From: a virus
Taxonomy: Duplodnaviria > Caudoviricetes
Reading direction: 5' to 3' (one strand)
DNA: 48,544 nucleotides
Virus record (IMG/VR): IMGVR_UViG_3300023214_000077
Coordinates: 1-48,544 of that record
The first letter of the stretch is position 1, and each line of letters starts with the position of its first letter. Of this stretch, positions 1 to 9,716 are shown piece after piece. Under the pieces are notes generated by a model. It saw nothing but the letters and a program-made list of their open reading frames with translations. It made no database searches and was not told the DNA's origin. Both the position numbers and the translations under genes were made by a program.

Positions 1-234
1 TGGCTGGACAACTGGCAGCAACTTGGGCTCACGATCAACGTCAGACTGAAAGATTTCCACGATCAATGACTTGCAACACAGTCCGCACCCGTCACACGGC
101 AACGACGAACCCAAGCACCCGGGAATAAAATGCCCGTCAATGGTTCTGCATCGCACGACACGCACATGCCCGCCTTCGATTCGTTGAAAGTTAAAAGACA
201 TCGAATGTCCGTTGCTTGTCTGTTGATGTGATCT

Positions 235-537
235 TCACGTCGCTTGTCGTCGCCGTATTCGGCTTCTGAAGCGGTTTTTCGGGATTGATGACACGTGTGT
301 CGAATTCCATCGTTCGCACGCTGCACGGATTCTGACGCCCGCACGCACGCGTTCTTCAATTGTCCTTTCTGCCAGCGTGTACACTTCCGGTCGGATGAAC
401 CGCTTCGTGTTGTACGTCTGGTTCAGTTGCCTGCCTGTCGCTTCTGTGTCGACAGGAAACAGATCAGCGTCGCCCCGAATGTTGAAATTCAGGACGACTT
501 GACCTGTCATCACGGTGATCTTCAATTGACTGAACAT
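235..537 (-). CDS. hypothetical protein, translationally coupled to the AAA ATPase
   Basis: 100-aa ORF whose ATG overlaps the ATPase TGA (TGATG). Confidence 0.55.
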   Translation of the reverse strand: MFSQLKITVMTGQVVLNFNIRGDADLFPVDTEATGRQLNQTYNTKRFIRPEVYTLAERTIEERVRAGVRIRAACERWNSTHVSSIPKNRFRSRIRRRQAT

Positions 538-3218
538 CAGTTGTCAAGACTTATTTCGCGTGACTGCTTCGCACTTGCCGATGCCTTCTTGCCCGTCAAG
601 CTGTACTTGCCCGTCAAGCTGTACTTGCCTGAACGATCCGCATCCAAGAAGCACCCGTTCGCTTCTTCACGCATCGCGTCGACACGATCTTTCGCCGATT
701 CAATGACCGGCACGATGTACGCTGACGCGTCCTTCAGGCTGATCGACATGTCACGTGCAAGCCGACAACAGTTGCGAACTTCGCGACCTGTCCAGTTTTT
801 CGTGCTTGTCGGCGGCTTTTCCTTCGCGTCGATTTCCATCTTGCCCGTGTACATTTTCCACAGTGCCCCGCGTGCAGTTGCACCGGGAATGTCGAAGAAG
901 AACGAACCGAAGCTGAACCGCGATCGCAGTTCTGCCGGAAGACCGTCGACCGAATTACACGTCGCGATCCATAGCGTGCGTTCTGAACTGATCGCACGAA
1001 CCTTCTTCAGTGCCGTTCGAATCTGTGCTTCGCTATTGTGACAGACAATGCCGTCGACGATAAATCGATTTGTGTCTTCGACTTCAATGTCATAGCACCA
1101 CTGTGAATCATCTTCGATGAAATCCATTGCGACAACTTCATCAAACATGACGCTATTCATGACGCGACCTTTTGCGAACCCGCATTCATTACCGGATGAA
1201 AGTTCATTTTTTGCAGATTGAATGAACCCGATCTTTTGCTTGAACAAATTGCCAAACTGTCGCTTCAAAATCAATACTGTTCGACCATTGTGCTTCGATC
1301 GATCTTCCGCAACAGTGTTATGAATTCCTACGCTTCGCAACAATTCACTGATATCTTTTGCCAATGATGGGCTTGTCGTTCCGTAGGCGACGCCGTTTGC
1401 TTGTCGCCAGCCATCGCCAGACATCATGCCACGCAAAACAGCACATCTAATTTCTTCAGACATTCCAAATACAAACGCTGGAATTCTTTTGGTTCGCGAT
1501 TTTCCTTCGCAACACATAAATCCTAACGCTGATACTCTATCATCATTGATGGTCAAGTCTAATCCGTTTTCAGTCTTAACACTGCCAGTGCATTGGCCAA
1601 ACGACCTAACAAATGCACACAAATCGGAATCAGTCTTGTTGACGGAAATCCGCAATCGTCGACCGTTCCATGACCCGTCCGCTAACCAAAGTCCAATCAA
1701 CGTCGCTTCCCGCTGCGTGATCGCTGTGCGACATCCATTTCGTGCAACGACTGTCGACGGTTCAAACATCTTAGTGTGACGCCACACGGTTGCAATCTTG
1801 TCGCCCACCTGAAGGTCGCACGCTTTCTTTTCAACCATTCGGTGACACTTTCGACTTCCTTTCTGTCCAACGCGACCGCTGCCTTTTTCCTTCACAAACA
1901 AATCATGTCCTTCGGTTATGACGACGTGCTTTCCCGACTTTGTCGACACTTCAATGAAGTCTTGCTGTCGGTCGTGTTTGAACGAATTCGTCACACGCTT
2001 ACGGCAAAATCTGCCAAAGGCATTGACTGTATCAACCCAACAAGTCTTTGTTGGATCGTACTGTTCGTGAAATTCTTCAAACGTTGTACGGTGTGATGTG
2101 CCGCCTTTCCGCTTTTCATACCAAATAAATTCTTCGCGACCATGCATCGACTGACCGACAAGCGACCCCTTCGCCGCACCGAAGTCAAGCTTCAGCGTCG
2201 GAATGCCCGCTTCGCGTCCTGCCGCTTTCGCGATCGCCGACTTGCCGACACCGGGAACACCGAACAGCAACATGCCCGCCGCGTCAGTGTCCGTCATTTC
2301 AGTCAAGACGTTCTGCAGTTGATCAAGCGACACGCCGCTGCTGTCGTTCGTGTTGCTGTTGATCGACTTTTCAAGTTCGTCAATGAACACGATTGCGTTC
2401 GGCTTGTTCTTGCCCGTCAACAGACGCTTCATGAATTCCTTGATGTTGTTCAGTCCGACCAGATCATCGAAGTCTTCGTCGCCTTCGAACATCGACAGCC
2501 CCGGCGTCTGACCGATGACACGCTTCTTCGCTTCCCAAAGTTCGCCGACCAGAATGCCCGACTTCCGGACGTTGATCGCGATCAGTTGTTCGACTTGAAA
2601 TTGTGTCAGCCCGCACAACGCTTCGACCGCTTCGTCGATCTGTTCGCTGTCGACTTCCAGATTGACCGACGACAACGTATCGTCGATCGTCTGCCGGATC
2701 ATTTCACGCGTCGGAAGTTCTTCGTCGATGAACAACACGTCGCCCGTCAGTTCGAAAGGCATCTTCAGTTCTTGACCGACAAGGATCAGCGTTCGCCGAT
2801 CTGCCTTGAATTCGTCACGCAAGTTCCCGATGCCCTGTCGCACGACAGGATCAGCAAGCCATTCTTGCTTGATGTGCATGAACACAACGCAGTTCCGGTT
2901 CATGCCGATCAGCTTCTTCAACGCGACGTCGGGCTTGCCGCCTAACGCATCCGGACGATCAGTGATTGCCGCGACGCCTTGCTTCGCCTGTTCGTTGAAG
3001 CAGACGACACCACGAACACCGTCCCAACCATAGAAGCCGACGTTCAGTTCGCGTTCTTTCCGTTCGTCCGACCACTTGTCGCCCTGCGATTCGATGTACT
3101 TCGGAATGCCGCTGATGATTCCGCTGACGAAATCGAACGGATCAGGTGTCGTCGCGACGATCAAAGGCACGCCCGCTGATCGCATTCTAGTGTATCGTTC
3201 GACGATTGAATTCTTCAT
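537..3218 (-). CDS. Ycf46-like AAA+ ATPase with intein
   Basis: Walker A GVPGVGKS, Walker B-like IVFIDELEK, sensor-1 WIATCN, Arg-finger LPAELRSRF, WTGREV; RBS GAAAGGACAACAC before the ATG; extein ~521 aa. Confidence 0.88.
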   Translation of the reverse strand: MKNSIVERYTRMRSAGVPLIVATTPDPFDFVSGIISGIPKYIESQGDKWSDERKERELNVGFYGWDGVRGVVCFNEQAKQGVAAITDRPDALGGKPDVALKKLIGMNRNCVVFMHIKQEWLADPVVRQGIGNLRDEFKADRRTLILVGQELKMPFELTGDVLFIDEELPTREMIRQTIDDTLSSVNLEVDSEQIDEAVEALCGLTQFQVEQLIAINVRKSGILVGELWEAKKRVIGQTPGLSMFEGDEDFDDLVGLNNIKEFMKRLLTGKNKPNAIVFIDELEKSINSNTNDSSGVSLDQLQNVLTEMTDTDAAGMLLFGVPGVGKSAIAKAAGREAGIPTLKLDFGAAKGSLVGQSMHGREEFIWYEKRKGGTSHRTTFEEFHEQYDPTKTCWVDTVNAFGRFCRKRVTNSFKHDRQQDFIEVSTKSGKHVVITEGHDLFVKEKGSGRVGQKGSRKCHRMVEKKACDLQVGDKIATVWRHTKMFEPSTVVARNGCRTAITQREATLIGLWLADGSWNGRRLRISVNKTDSDLCAFVRSFGQCTGSVKTENGLDLTINDDRVSALGFMCCEGKSRTKRIPAFVFGMSEEIRCAVLRGMMSGDGWRQANGVAYGTTSPSLAKDISELLRSVGIHNTVAEDRSKHNGRTVLILKRQFGNLFKQKIGFIQSAKNELSSGNECGFAKGRVMNSVMFDEVVAMDFIEDDSQWCYDIEVEDTNRFIVDGIVCHNSEAQIRTALKKVRAISSERTLWIATCNSVDGLPAELRSRFSFGSFFFDIPGATARGALWKMYTGKMEIDAKEKPPTSTKNWTGREVRNCCRLARDMSISLKDASAYIVPVIESAKDRVDAMREEANGCFLDADRSGKYSLTGKYSLTGKKASASAKQSREISLDN
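588..629. repeat. 18-bp tandem duplication (CTTGCCCGTCAAGCTGTA x2 plus partial) encoding GKYSLT x2
   Basis: Read directly at 588-605, 606-623 and 624-629. Confidence 0.9.
1035..2150 (-). mobile_element. intein with LAGLIDADG homing endonuclease (372 aa) in AAA ATPase
   Basis: LVGQ|SMHGREE...CYDIEVEDTNRFIVDGIVCHN|SEAQ; block B ITEGHDL; motifs LIGLWLADGS and LRGMMSGDG; more AT-rich than flanks. Confidence 0.93.
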
Positions 3219-3302
3219 TGTGTTGTCCTTTCGGTGATGACAGTTGCTTGTCGTGAAAATGCAGGCGGCGACATTGCCGCCTGCGTTGTGTCCGTGATGA
3301 TT

Positions 3303-3596
3303 CTAGAACAACGGCACCGGACGTTCAACACGCACCGCTTCGCCGTGATCTTCTGCCGCATAGTTCCAGAACGAAGCGTCATTCTGAATATTCATGTCGC
3401 TTGCACAATCCCAAGCTGCCTGACAGTCGTCAAACGATGCGACAAGATGCTTCCGGATTCCGCCGCCGTGTGTTTCAGGCATCTGTTCGAACCGATGCAC
3501 GCGGAAGCGAAGAATGACTTCTGTGTATGTTTCGCGAACATCGGCTTCTACAGGTGACTGAAGTTCAAGTTCGCGTTCTAAGTCTTGCTGTGTCAT
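3303..3596 (-). CDS. hypothetical protein
   Basis: 97-aa ORF with RBS AAAGGACAAC, just downstream of a promoter-like element. Confidence 0.7.
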   Translation of the reverse strand: MTQQDLERELELQSPVEADVRETYTEVILRFRVHRFEQMPETHGGGIRKHLVASFDDCQAAWDCASDMNIQNDASFWNYAAEDHGEAVRVERPVPLF

Positions 3597-3637
3597 GTGT
3601 CCGTTGTCCTTTGAATGTCAGTTGCTTTGATGTGTTG

Positions 3638-3692
3638 ATTATGACTGTTCTTCGTCACGCGCCAACAACTATTTTGAAGATAATCTTCAAAA
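3638..3692 (-). promoter_or_regulatory. putative sigma70-like promoter (TTGGCG-N16-CATAAT) with adjacent 21-bp palindrome (possible operator)
   Basis: -10 at 3638-3643, -35 at 3660-3665; TTTTGAAGAT-A-ATCTTCAAAA at 3672-3692. Confidence 0.5.
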
Positions 3693-3725
3693 AAAGCCCG
3701 CCTTTTCGCGAAGAAAAAGACGGGC
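3689..3725 (-). terminator. rho-independent terminator
   Basis: GCCCG...CGGGC stem followed by a T-tract on the minus strand, downstream of the 3758 ORF. Confidence 0.7.
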
Positions 3726-3757
3726 ATTCGTGCCTTGATGTCGGGCAAGGAATTTCG

Positions 3758-4744
3758 CTAATTGCAGAACCCCCAACGTTGACAGCGTGCCTGTCGACGG
3801 TTCATGACCCGTGATTGAACGCGATTGCAGAAGTTCTGAAGCATCGTGACACGCGGACGACCGCTGCCGCCGCGACTTCGGAAGACAGGTGCCCGCGTCG
3901 GAACGAAGTTGCCGTTCGAATTCTGCATGACGCCTTGCGGACAGTTGTCGCACTGCATGTTCCCGCCGTTCGCCATGATCATTGATCCGTTGCCGTACGT
4001 GTACGTGACTTCTTCAGTGAACAACGGAAGTGTGCCAGCCGACAACGGCATCGTGCCTTCCGTGATCACAGTCGTCGAAGACATGTTCGGTGCACAGTTG
4101 CAATTCGCACAGCCGCACCCGCACCCGCCTGTCGTTGCCGGTGCATCTTGAATCTGCACCGTGTACGGTTCGTTCACGTAATACGTTTCGGGCACCATGC
4201 GACACGTGCCCATCGGCCCGCACACTTGCCGGTATCGCGTCTTCGCGACGCGACGGTATCGCGTTTCAGTTCTGAATGCCGGTGCGTCATTCGCTGCCGG
4301 TTCGTCTTGCACTTGCGGCGGCGTGTCCAGATCGTCGACAAGATCGTTGACGACAGGGTCTTGCGTCGGTGCATTCGGTTCTTCGTCGACGACACTGAAC
4401 GACGGATCAGCGATCGGTTCAGGCGGCTTCGCTGCCGGAAGACTGATGCGTTCTTCGTCCTGCATCATTCGGTATTGCCGATTCTTGTCACAGTCTTGTG
4501 TCGTCGGAAGATTCGCCTTCGCGGCGACGATCGGTCGTGAATTGTATTCGGCTTCGTTGAACTGGACGTTGAACTTCGCGTCACGATCGTGACTTGTGTG
4601 TGCGACAGGTGTCCAGTCGTTGACCTTGTACGCGACCGATTCGTTGCCGGTGTCAGCCGGTGCTTCTTTTTTTGCTTCTTCGCAACCAACGAACGCGATC
4701 AACATGATCGGCGTCAGTGCAAGTAGTGTGATCAGTTTTTTCAT
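3758..4744 (-). CDS. Cys-rich putative lipoprotein
   Basis: MKK + hydrophobic stretch + FVGC lipobox-like motif; CGPMGTC, CGCGCANCNC and CDNC motifs; basic C-terminus. Confidence 0.75.
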   Translation of the reverse strand: MKKLITLLALTPIMLIAFVGCEEAKKEAPADTGNESVAYKVNDWTPVAHTSHDRDAKFNVQFNEAEYNSRPIVAAKANLPTTQDCDKNRQYRMMQDEERISLPAAKPPEPIADPSFSVVDEEPNAPTQDPVVNDLVDDLDTPPQVQDEPAANDAPAFRTETRYRRVAKTRYRQVCGPMGTCRMVPETYYVNEPYTVQIQDAPATTGGCGCGCANCNCAPNMSSTTVITEGTMPLSAGTLPLFTEEVTYTYGNGSMIMANGGNMQCDNCPQGVMQNSNGNFVPTRAPVFRSRGGSGRPRVTMLQNFCNRVQSRVMNRRQARCQRWGFCN

Positions 4745-4756
4745 GATCTGATTCCT

Positions 4757-7498
4757 TTAAGCTGCAAGTGAAAGTGAAATTCGATTGACTGACGATGTCT
4801 TGAACGGACAGTTCCAGTCGTTGCCCTTGTCGCCCGTGCACGGACGTCGTACACCGTCAGGCGTGTGCCATCCGGTGCCATTGCATCGCGAACACTTATT
4901 CGGCGTGACAGCGTCGTCATCGTCGTCGCCGTCATTCCCCCGATCGCTTCCGTCCGGTCGCGTCGGATCAGGCTGATACAATTGTGTCACGACGCCGACT
5001 GCCTGTTCGACAACGCCGTTCAATTCAGGTTCGCCCGAATGCCCCTTCGATTCTGATGCCAGATACACGAAGCCCCAGTCATTCAACGGGCTTGCCGCGA
5101 AGCCGTTGAAGCTTCCGACCGCGAACGACATCTTCTGCCCGATCATCCCGGCAGCGTCCCTTGATGTGATCCAGAAAGACCCGTCAGGAATTTCGAACTT
5201 CCCTGTCGGCCCGCCGTTCCAGACGCCCCAAGAATTCGCCACAAGAAAACACGGTGAATCTTTTTCCGATCCGTACTTCTGCCAGTCATCGCCAGCCAGT
5301 TCGTACGCTGTCGACACCGCGACCCATGCCATGCAGTGCATCCATGACCCTTTTTTGCCCGCGAAGCCGTACTTGTCCCGCTTTGATTCGAATCCGTAAT
5401 CGCTTCCGACTGCCAGTGCATACCCGTTGAAGATCGCGTCGCGTGCTTCTTCGACGTTGTTGACAAGTGCCGCCTTCTGCATCTGGTTTTCGCGAAGGAC
5501 GTTGACCAGTTCTTCAGGTGGACCGCCACGCCTGCCCCAATTGATGCCGATGTTCGCGTCGTACGACGTCGTGTCGATGCTGCCGTATGGTCGACGCAAC
5601 ATGACGCCGCCGTGCTTGCTGACGAACTGTGCCGCCCTGAACGGTGACATGCCCTGCCCGCTGTGCCCGCGATAGCCGTATATCGCTTCTGTCGCACCCC
5701 GAACGCGAAAGTCTTCCGGATCATCATTGATCAGGATTTCGAACGCACGCGACGTGTCGCACGCATTCCTGAAGGCGTGTGACGTGCAGTTGTGAACCGC
5801 GACGTTGTTGCAGATAAACGCATGTTCTTCGCTTGCAACTTCGATGCAGTACACGTACTCAGGGCGATAGCTATCCGGAAGACGCTCTACCTTGACAGGA
5901 AAGGCGAAGCCGCCTTGCCGCTTCTGTGATTCGATAAGCGGGTCTTTCCGTTTCGGAGTCTTTACGCCTAACACCTTCGACACGCCTTCAGATGCGATAT
6001 AAACCGTCGCTGAAGGTTTCCTGTTTTCACGTGCCTTCCGATAACACACTGAAGACTGGATACACGCCGACAAGCACAGCGTGTGCACCTGATGAATAAG
6101 TGGTATGTTTGCCAGCGTCCATGACCCACGATTTCGCGTGTATCGTTCATCGGGATACGACGACCGATTGTCGAAGACCGTCAGTTCCTTCGCCGTCCGA
6201 TTCATCACGTTGACTGAACGCTGCTTCGGAACCTGAACAGACGGAACGAACACCTTGTCGCCGTCTTCAAGTTCGCCAGCCGCGACCCACTTCTGACCGC
6301 CACCGTTGTCGACAAGAATCAAGTGATCTTCTGTGACACGCAGCTTGCGACCGCGAACCGTCAGGTCAATAATCCGCTTCGTCGTTGCCTGCTTAATGAC
6401 ACGAACAACTTCTGTCACGCTGCCTGTCGGCGTCATTACCATATCGCCGACAACGACTTCATTTATCGGCTTCGTGGACATGTCGTGCATCAGCACGTCG
6501 TGTGTTTCCTTGATCATGAGGCCATTCTTGCACAACAGTCGACCGGTGTAAATGTCAAAGCAGTCGCCTGTCGTCTGCCGTTCCTGCGTGTAGCAAGGCG
6601 GATCGAATTCTTGAAGTGCTTTGTACAGAAGCCGTGTTGCGCCCTTCCCGCTTGTCACCGGGACTTCAGACATCATCAGTCCGGTGCTGTTCCAGTCGCG
6701 AAGTTCTTGCGGATCGAACATCAAGCCTGTCTGATACTGCTGACCTGATGTGTCGATCGGTGGACCGCGATCACGATCGTCGCCTTCACCTTCGTCTTGC
6801 GGCATCCCTTTCGGGTACGCCGCGACGAAGCTGTCAAGCTGTGCCTTCATCACGTTGTCGTTGACAGGATCAGGCACAAGCCCGTTCACCATGTAATCGG
6901 GAAGCTTTTCGCCTTCGAAGTCTTTCGGCCCGTCGATATAGCATCCGGCATCGGTGCACACAAGTTGCGTGCCGTCATTCAACGGAAGCACCGTCACCCT
7001 GTTTTCGGATTCCTGAAAGATCGCCCATGCGACCGCGTTGAACAGATCACTGATGCGATCGCGATCAGCCTGCGTCAGCTTCTTCGGTTCAAGCCCGATG
7101 TAATCTGCGAACAGCTTTTCAAGGACAGGTTCAAGTTCCGGTCGATACGACACACTGCCCGCGACCCGCGACAGTTCGTCGCCTGCCGTCTTGTGAATCA
7201 TTCGTGCCTGTTCCGTCGTCATTGGACGTGTCGACTGTGCGACCGCCATTCGATGATAGAACCATGCAAGCCCAAGAAGATTTGGCTTGCCCTTGATTGC
7301 GTCGCGAACTGGCTGAACTGCCCGCCGAAGTGACGCGTCTGTCGGTTCGACGAAAACTGTGACCGTTTCGCCGCCGTTGTTGTCGTTCCCGCCATCGTTC
7401 CAGCCGCCGCCGCCGCCGAAGTCAATCCGGTCTTTGAACAGCATGAATACGACGGCACCGATGATGATGACCAGAAAGATCAGTCTTTTCGGTTCCAT
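4757..7498 (-). CDS. membrane-anchored papain-like (C1) cysteine peptidase with intein
   Basis: N-terminal TM; spliced QTTGD-CTSHA (Gln oxyanion and catalytic Cys), SWMHCM (His), VANSWG (Asn); C-terminal CSRCNGTG Zn-finger-like motif. Confidence 0.85.
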   Translation of the reverse strand: MEPKRLIFLVIIIGAVVFMLFKDRIDFGGGGGWNDGGNDNNGGETVTVFVEPTDASLRRAVQPVRDAIKGKPNLLGLAWFYHRMAVAQSTRPMTTEQARMIHKTAGDELSRVAGSVSYRPELEPVLEKLFADYIGLEPKKLTQADRDRISDLFNAVAWAIFQESENRVTVLPLNDGTQLVCTDAGCYIDGPKDFEGEKLPDYMVNGLVPDPVNDNVMKAQLDSFVAAYPKGMPQDEGEGDDRDRGPPIDTSGQQYQTGLMFDPQELRDWNSTGLMMSEVPVTSGKGATRLLYKALQEFDPPCYTQERQTTGDCFDIYTGRLLCKNGLMIKETHDVLMHDMSTKPINEVVVGDMVMTPTGSVTEVVRVIKQATTKRIIDLTVRGRKLRVTEDHLILVDNGGGQKWVAAGELEDGDKVFVPSVQVPKQRSVNVMNRTAKELTVFDNRSSYPDERYTRNRGSWTLANIPLIHQVHTLCLSACIQSSVCYRKARENRKPSATVYIASEGVSKVLGVKTPKRKDPLIESQKRQGGFAFPVKVERLPDSYRPEYVYCIEVASEEHAFICNNVAVHNCTSHAFRNACDTSRAFEILINDDPEDFRVRGATEAIYGYRGHSGQGMSPFRAAQFVSKHGGVMLRRPYGSIDTTSYDANIGINWGRRGGPPEELVNVLRENQMQKAALVNNVEEARDAIFNGYALAVGSDYGFESKRDKYGFAGKKGSWMHCMAWVAVSTAYELAGDDWQKYGSEKDSPCFLVANSWGVWNGGPTGKFEIPDGSFWITSRDAAGMIGQKMSFAVGSFNGFAASPLNDWGFVYLASESKGHSGEPELNGVVEQAVGVVTQLYQPDPTRPDGSDRGNDGDDDDDAVTPNKCSRCNGTGWHTPDGVRRPCTGDKGNDWNCPFKTSSVNRISLSLAA
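5789..6562 (-). mobile_element. intein (258 aa; endonuclease degenerate or partly deleted) in the peptidase
   Basis: TTGD|CFDIY...VTEDHLI...VYCIEV...AVHN|CTSH; no intact LAGLIDADG pair visible. Confidence 0.92.
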
Positions 7499-7538
7499 TG
7501 TGTGCCCTTCCCTGAACGGACTGTGCTTGCTTGTTCGT

Positions 7539-8075
7539 TTACTTTGTGCGTGTTGTCTTCTTCTTTGGATCGTTCGCCGTCATGACTTTCGGCAAGACGA
7601 CATCGTTCAGCGACTTCTTCGCCGCATCGTCTGCGATGTTGTCAAACAGCAGACAGTACGCTTCGATCAGATCGGCACGCATGTTCGTCGGCGTGACCTT
7701 CTTGACAGGCGTCGCCGTGCTGCCTTCGTCCTTCTTGAACGGATTGATCTTGTCACGCTGTTCAGGCGTCAAGACAAGAAACCAGACCGCGACCAGACCG
7801 CCGCCGATGACCAGTACCCACGTGAAAGTGTCACCCATTGATTCATCCTTTGAAAGTGCTTGTTCGTCTTCACCCGGTTGCATTCCGTCGTCTTTTTCGC
7901 GATTCCGATTTCGCCAGTCGAACCAGTTTCCGTCACCGCGATTCCAGATTTTCGTGCGTGACCAGTTCCAGACACGCGACGGCTTGTTGCAGCCTTGAAC
8001 AAGGATCGCGAATGCGAACAGAATAATCAAGCCGATGAAGATCGTCTTGAAGTTCTTTGTGATGAAGTCCATCAT
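7539..8075 (-). CDS. membrane protein (two hydrophobic segments, possible lipobox VQGC)
   Basis: IFIGLIILFAFAILVQGC and WVLVIGGGLVAVWFLV. Confidence 0.75.
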   Translation of the reverse strand: MMDFITKNFKTIFIGLIILFAFAILVQGCNKPSRVWNWSRTKIWNRGDGNWFDWRNRNREKDDGMQPGEDEQALSKDESMGDTFTWVLVIGGGLVAVWFLVLTPEQRDKINPFKKDEGSTATPVKKVTPTNMRADLIEAYCLLFDNIADDAAKKSLNDVVLPKVMTANDPKKKTTRTK

Positions 8076-8138
8076 GTGCAGTCCGTTGTTCGGCGTGCTT
8101 CCATCGGTGCACGCGACAAGTTGCGTTCTGCCGGGATT

Positions 8139-8579
8139 TTACGCGAAGACTGCAGTCCGCGTCAATCCGCGTCGTGACTGGAATTCAGCGATCAGATCAG
8201 CTTGCAGGTCGCACGCATCCGGCAGAATCCGGATCGAACACCGCTGCAGCAATTCAATGTCGAAGAATTCCGGATCGAACAACTGCTTCAGAAAGATCAT
8301 ATTTGACAGCGTGATTCTTTCGTCACCTGCGTCGTCGTACGCTTCGTGACACGTAGGACACAACAGATTCACGACGCGACGATCTTCAAGTCGCGGCTTC
8401 GACGTGATGTGACATCTTTGAATGATCCACTTCGCACCGTAGTCGATAGGCTTATCCCTGAATGCGGCTGTGCGTCCGCAAGACCAGCAGAAGCCGCCCT
8501 GCTGTGCATAGTCCCTGAAGTCATGATATATCGCCACATGCGAACGCTTGTCCGCTTTCCAGTCTTTAAGCCAGCCCAT
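8139..8579 (-). CDS. HNH-like Zn-binding nuclease (NinG-like)
   Basis: CWSCG...RCHI...NLLCPTCH pattern. Confidence 0.65.
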   Translation of the reverse strand: MGWLKDWKADKRSHVAIYHDFRDYAQQGGFCWSCGRTAAFRDKPIDYGAKWIIQRCHITSKPRLEDRRVVNLLCPTCHEAYDDAGDERITLSNMIFLKQLFDPEFFDIELLQRCSIRILPDACDLQADLIAEFQSRRGLTRTAVFA

Positions 8580-8598
8580 TTGATCAGTTGCTTTCTTT

Positions 8599-9060
8599 TC
8601 AGTTCACGCGGGTGCCGTCGACGTTCACAAACTGTAAATCAATTTCGCGGCTTCCGCCATCTTCATAAGATACTACCAGCATAGCACGAAGCTTCACACC
8701 ACGCATTCGGATTTTCCCCGGCACCCTAATTCGCTTGTCAACAACATACCGAACCGTGTCGCCGTTCGGTGTCTTATCTATCCTTTCAAAGACAATGACG
8801 CCGATGACGGCTTCATTTTGGTATTGTTGCTGAACAGTGCTTTCGATTATGCGAAGATGTTCAAGCTTTTCATCTTGCGTCAACTTGAAGTGTTCCATGT
8901 ATTCAGCCTTCGCCTTCGCCCGTTCGCGACGACTAGCTGATTCATCGACGTGTTCCTGATACCCTTCCGGATTCATGATCACGCCGACTACGCCGAATGC
9001 GACGCAACCGATCAGGATCAGAAGACCGAATGAAACCAGCGTGAAGAATAGCTTCTTCAT
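8599..9060 (-). CDS. membrane-anchored hypothetical protein
   Basis: Start moved to MKKLFF at 9060 (RBS GAAAGGGA); N-terminal TM. Confidence 0.7.
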   Translation of the reverse strand: MKKLFFTLVSFGLLILIGCVAFGVVGVIMNPEGYQEHVDESASRRERAKAKAEYMEHFKLTQDEKLEHLRIIESTVQQQYQNEAVIGVIVFERIDKTPNGDTVRYVVDKRIRVPGKIRMRGVKLRAMLVVSYEDGGSREIDLQFVNVDGTRVN

Positions 9061-9094
9061 GAAGATGTCCCTTTCGAATTGTGATCTGCTTGTT

Positions 9095-9712
9095 CTATCC
9101 GACAACGTTGAAGATAGGCGATTCAAGCCATGTTGTCGATTGTTTCTGTCGATGCGGCATGATCAAGTTGTCAACTTCTTCGATCACTGGCACGAAGTTC
9201 GGTCGTGCTTTTCTGCACCGATTCGGAATAATCCATTCGATCGGAACTGCATGTTCTTGGCAAATTTCTATATTTACTTTCGATTCAAAGCCGCCCAAGA
9301 AGCGAAGCCAGAACGGGTGACACGGGTGCACCGGGAAGGCGAAAGTACGTTGTTCGACGGTCTTTGTCTTCAGTTCACGACGATTGAAATGCACAAGATA
9401 CATACTGACGCCGCCGAATTCCGCACGCCGAAGAAGATGTGCAAGCTGCTTCGATTGTTTGTCGTCCGTGATCCGTGTTGCCAGATGAAGCGACGCTTGA
9501 CTGCACACTTTGCATTCGACATTGAACTGCTGACCGACCGGCTTTCGCACGCCTTCGATGTCCGGATACGACTTGATGCGGATCAGTTCACCGTCAGGCT
9601 TCACCGACGTCATGACGCCGTACCTGCCGCCCGTGATTTCGTCCGATGACTTGATCACGTGAAGAAGTTCTTTTTCAAGTCCCGTGCCCTTCAGCTTCGG
9701 CGGCGTGTTCAT
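9095..9712 (-). CDS. RecU-like Holliday junction resolvase, PD-(D/E)XK
   Basis: YPDIEG...FNVECK...QLAHL...GGVSMYLVHF. Confidence 0.7.
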   Translation of the reverse strand: MNTPPKLKGTGLEKELLHVIKSSDEITGGRYGVMTSVKPDGELIRIKSYPDIEGVRKPVGQQFNVECKVCSQASLHLATRITDDKQSKQLAHLLRRAEFGGVSMYLVHFNRRELKTKTVEQRTFAFPVHPCHPFWLRFLGGFESKVNIEICQEHAVPIEWIIPNRCRKARPNFVPVIEEVDNLIMPHRQKQSTTWLESPIFNVVG

Positions 9713-9716
9713 GACG

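Noticed and set aside
1-69. 3' end of a plus-strand gene (WLDNWQQ...HDQ*)
   Set aside because: Only 22 codons are visible, so it cannot be supported or assigned.
295-2945. Long plus-strand ORFs 295-1041 and 2142-2945
   Set aside because: Antisense to the AAA ATPase; no motifs.
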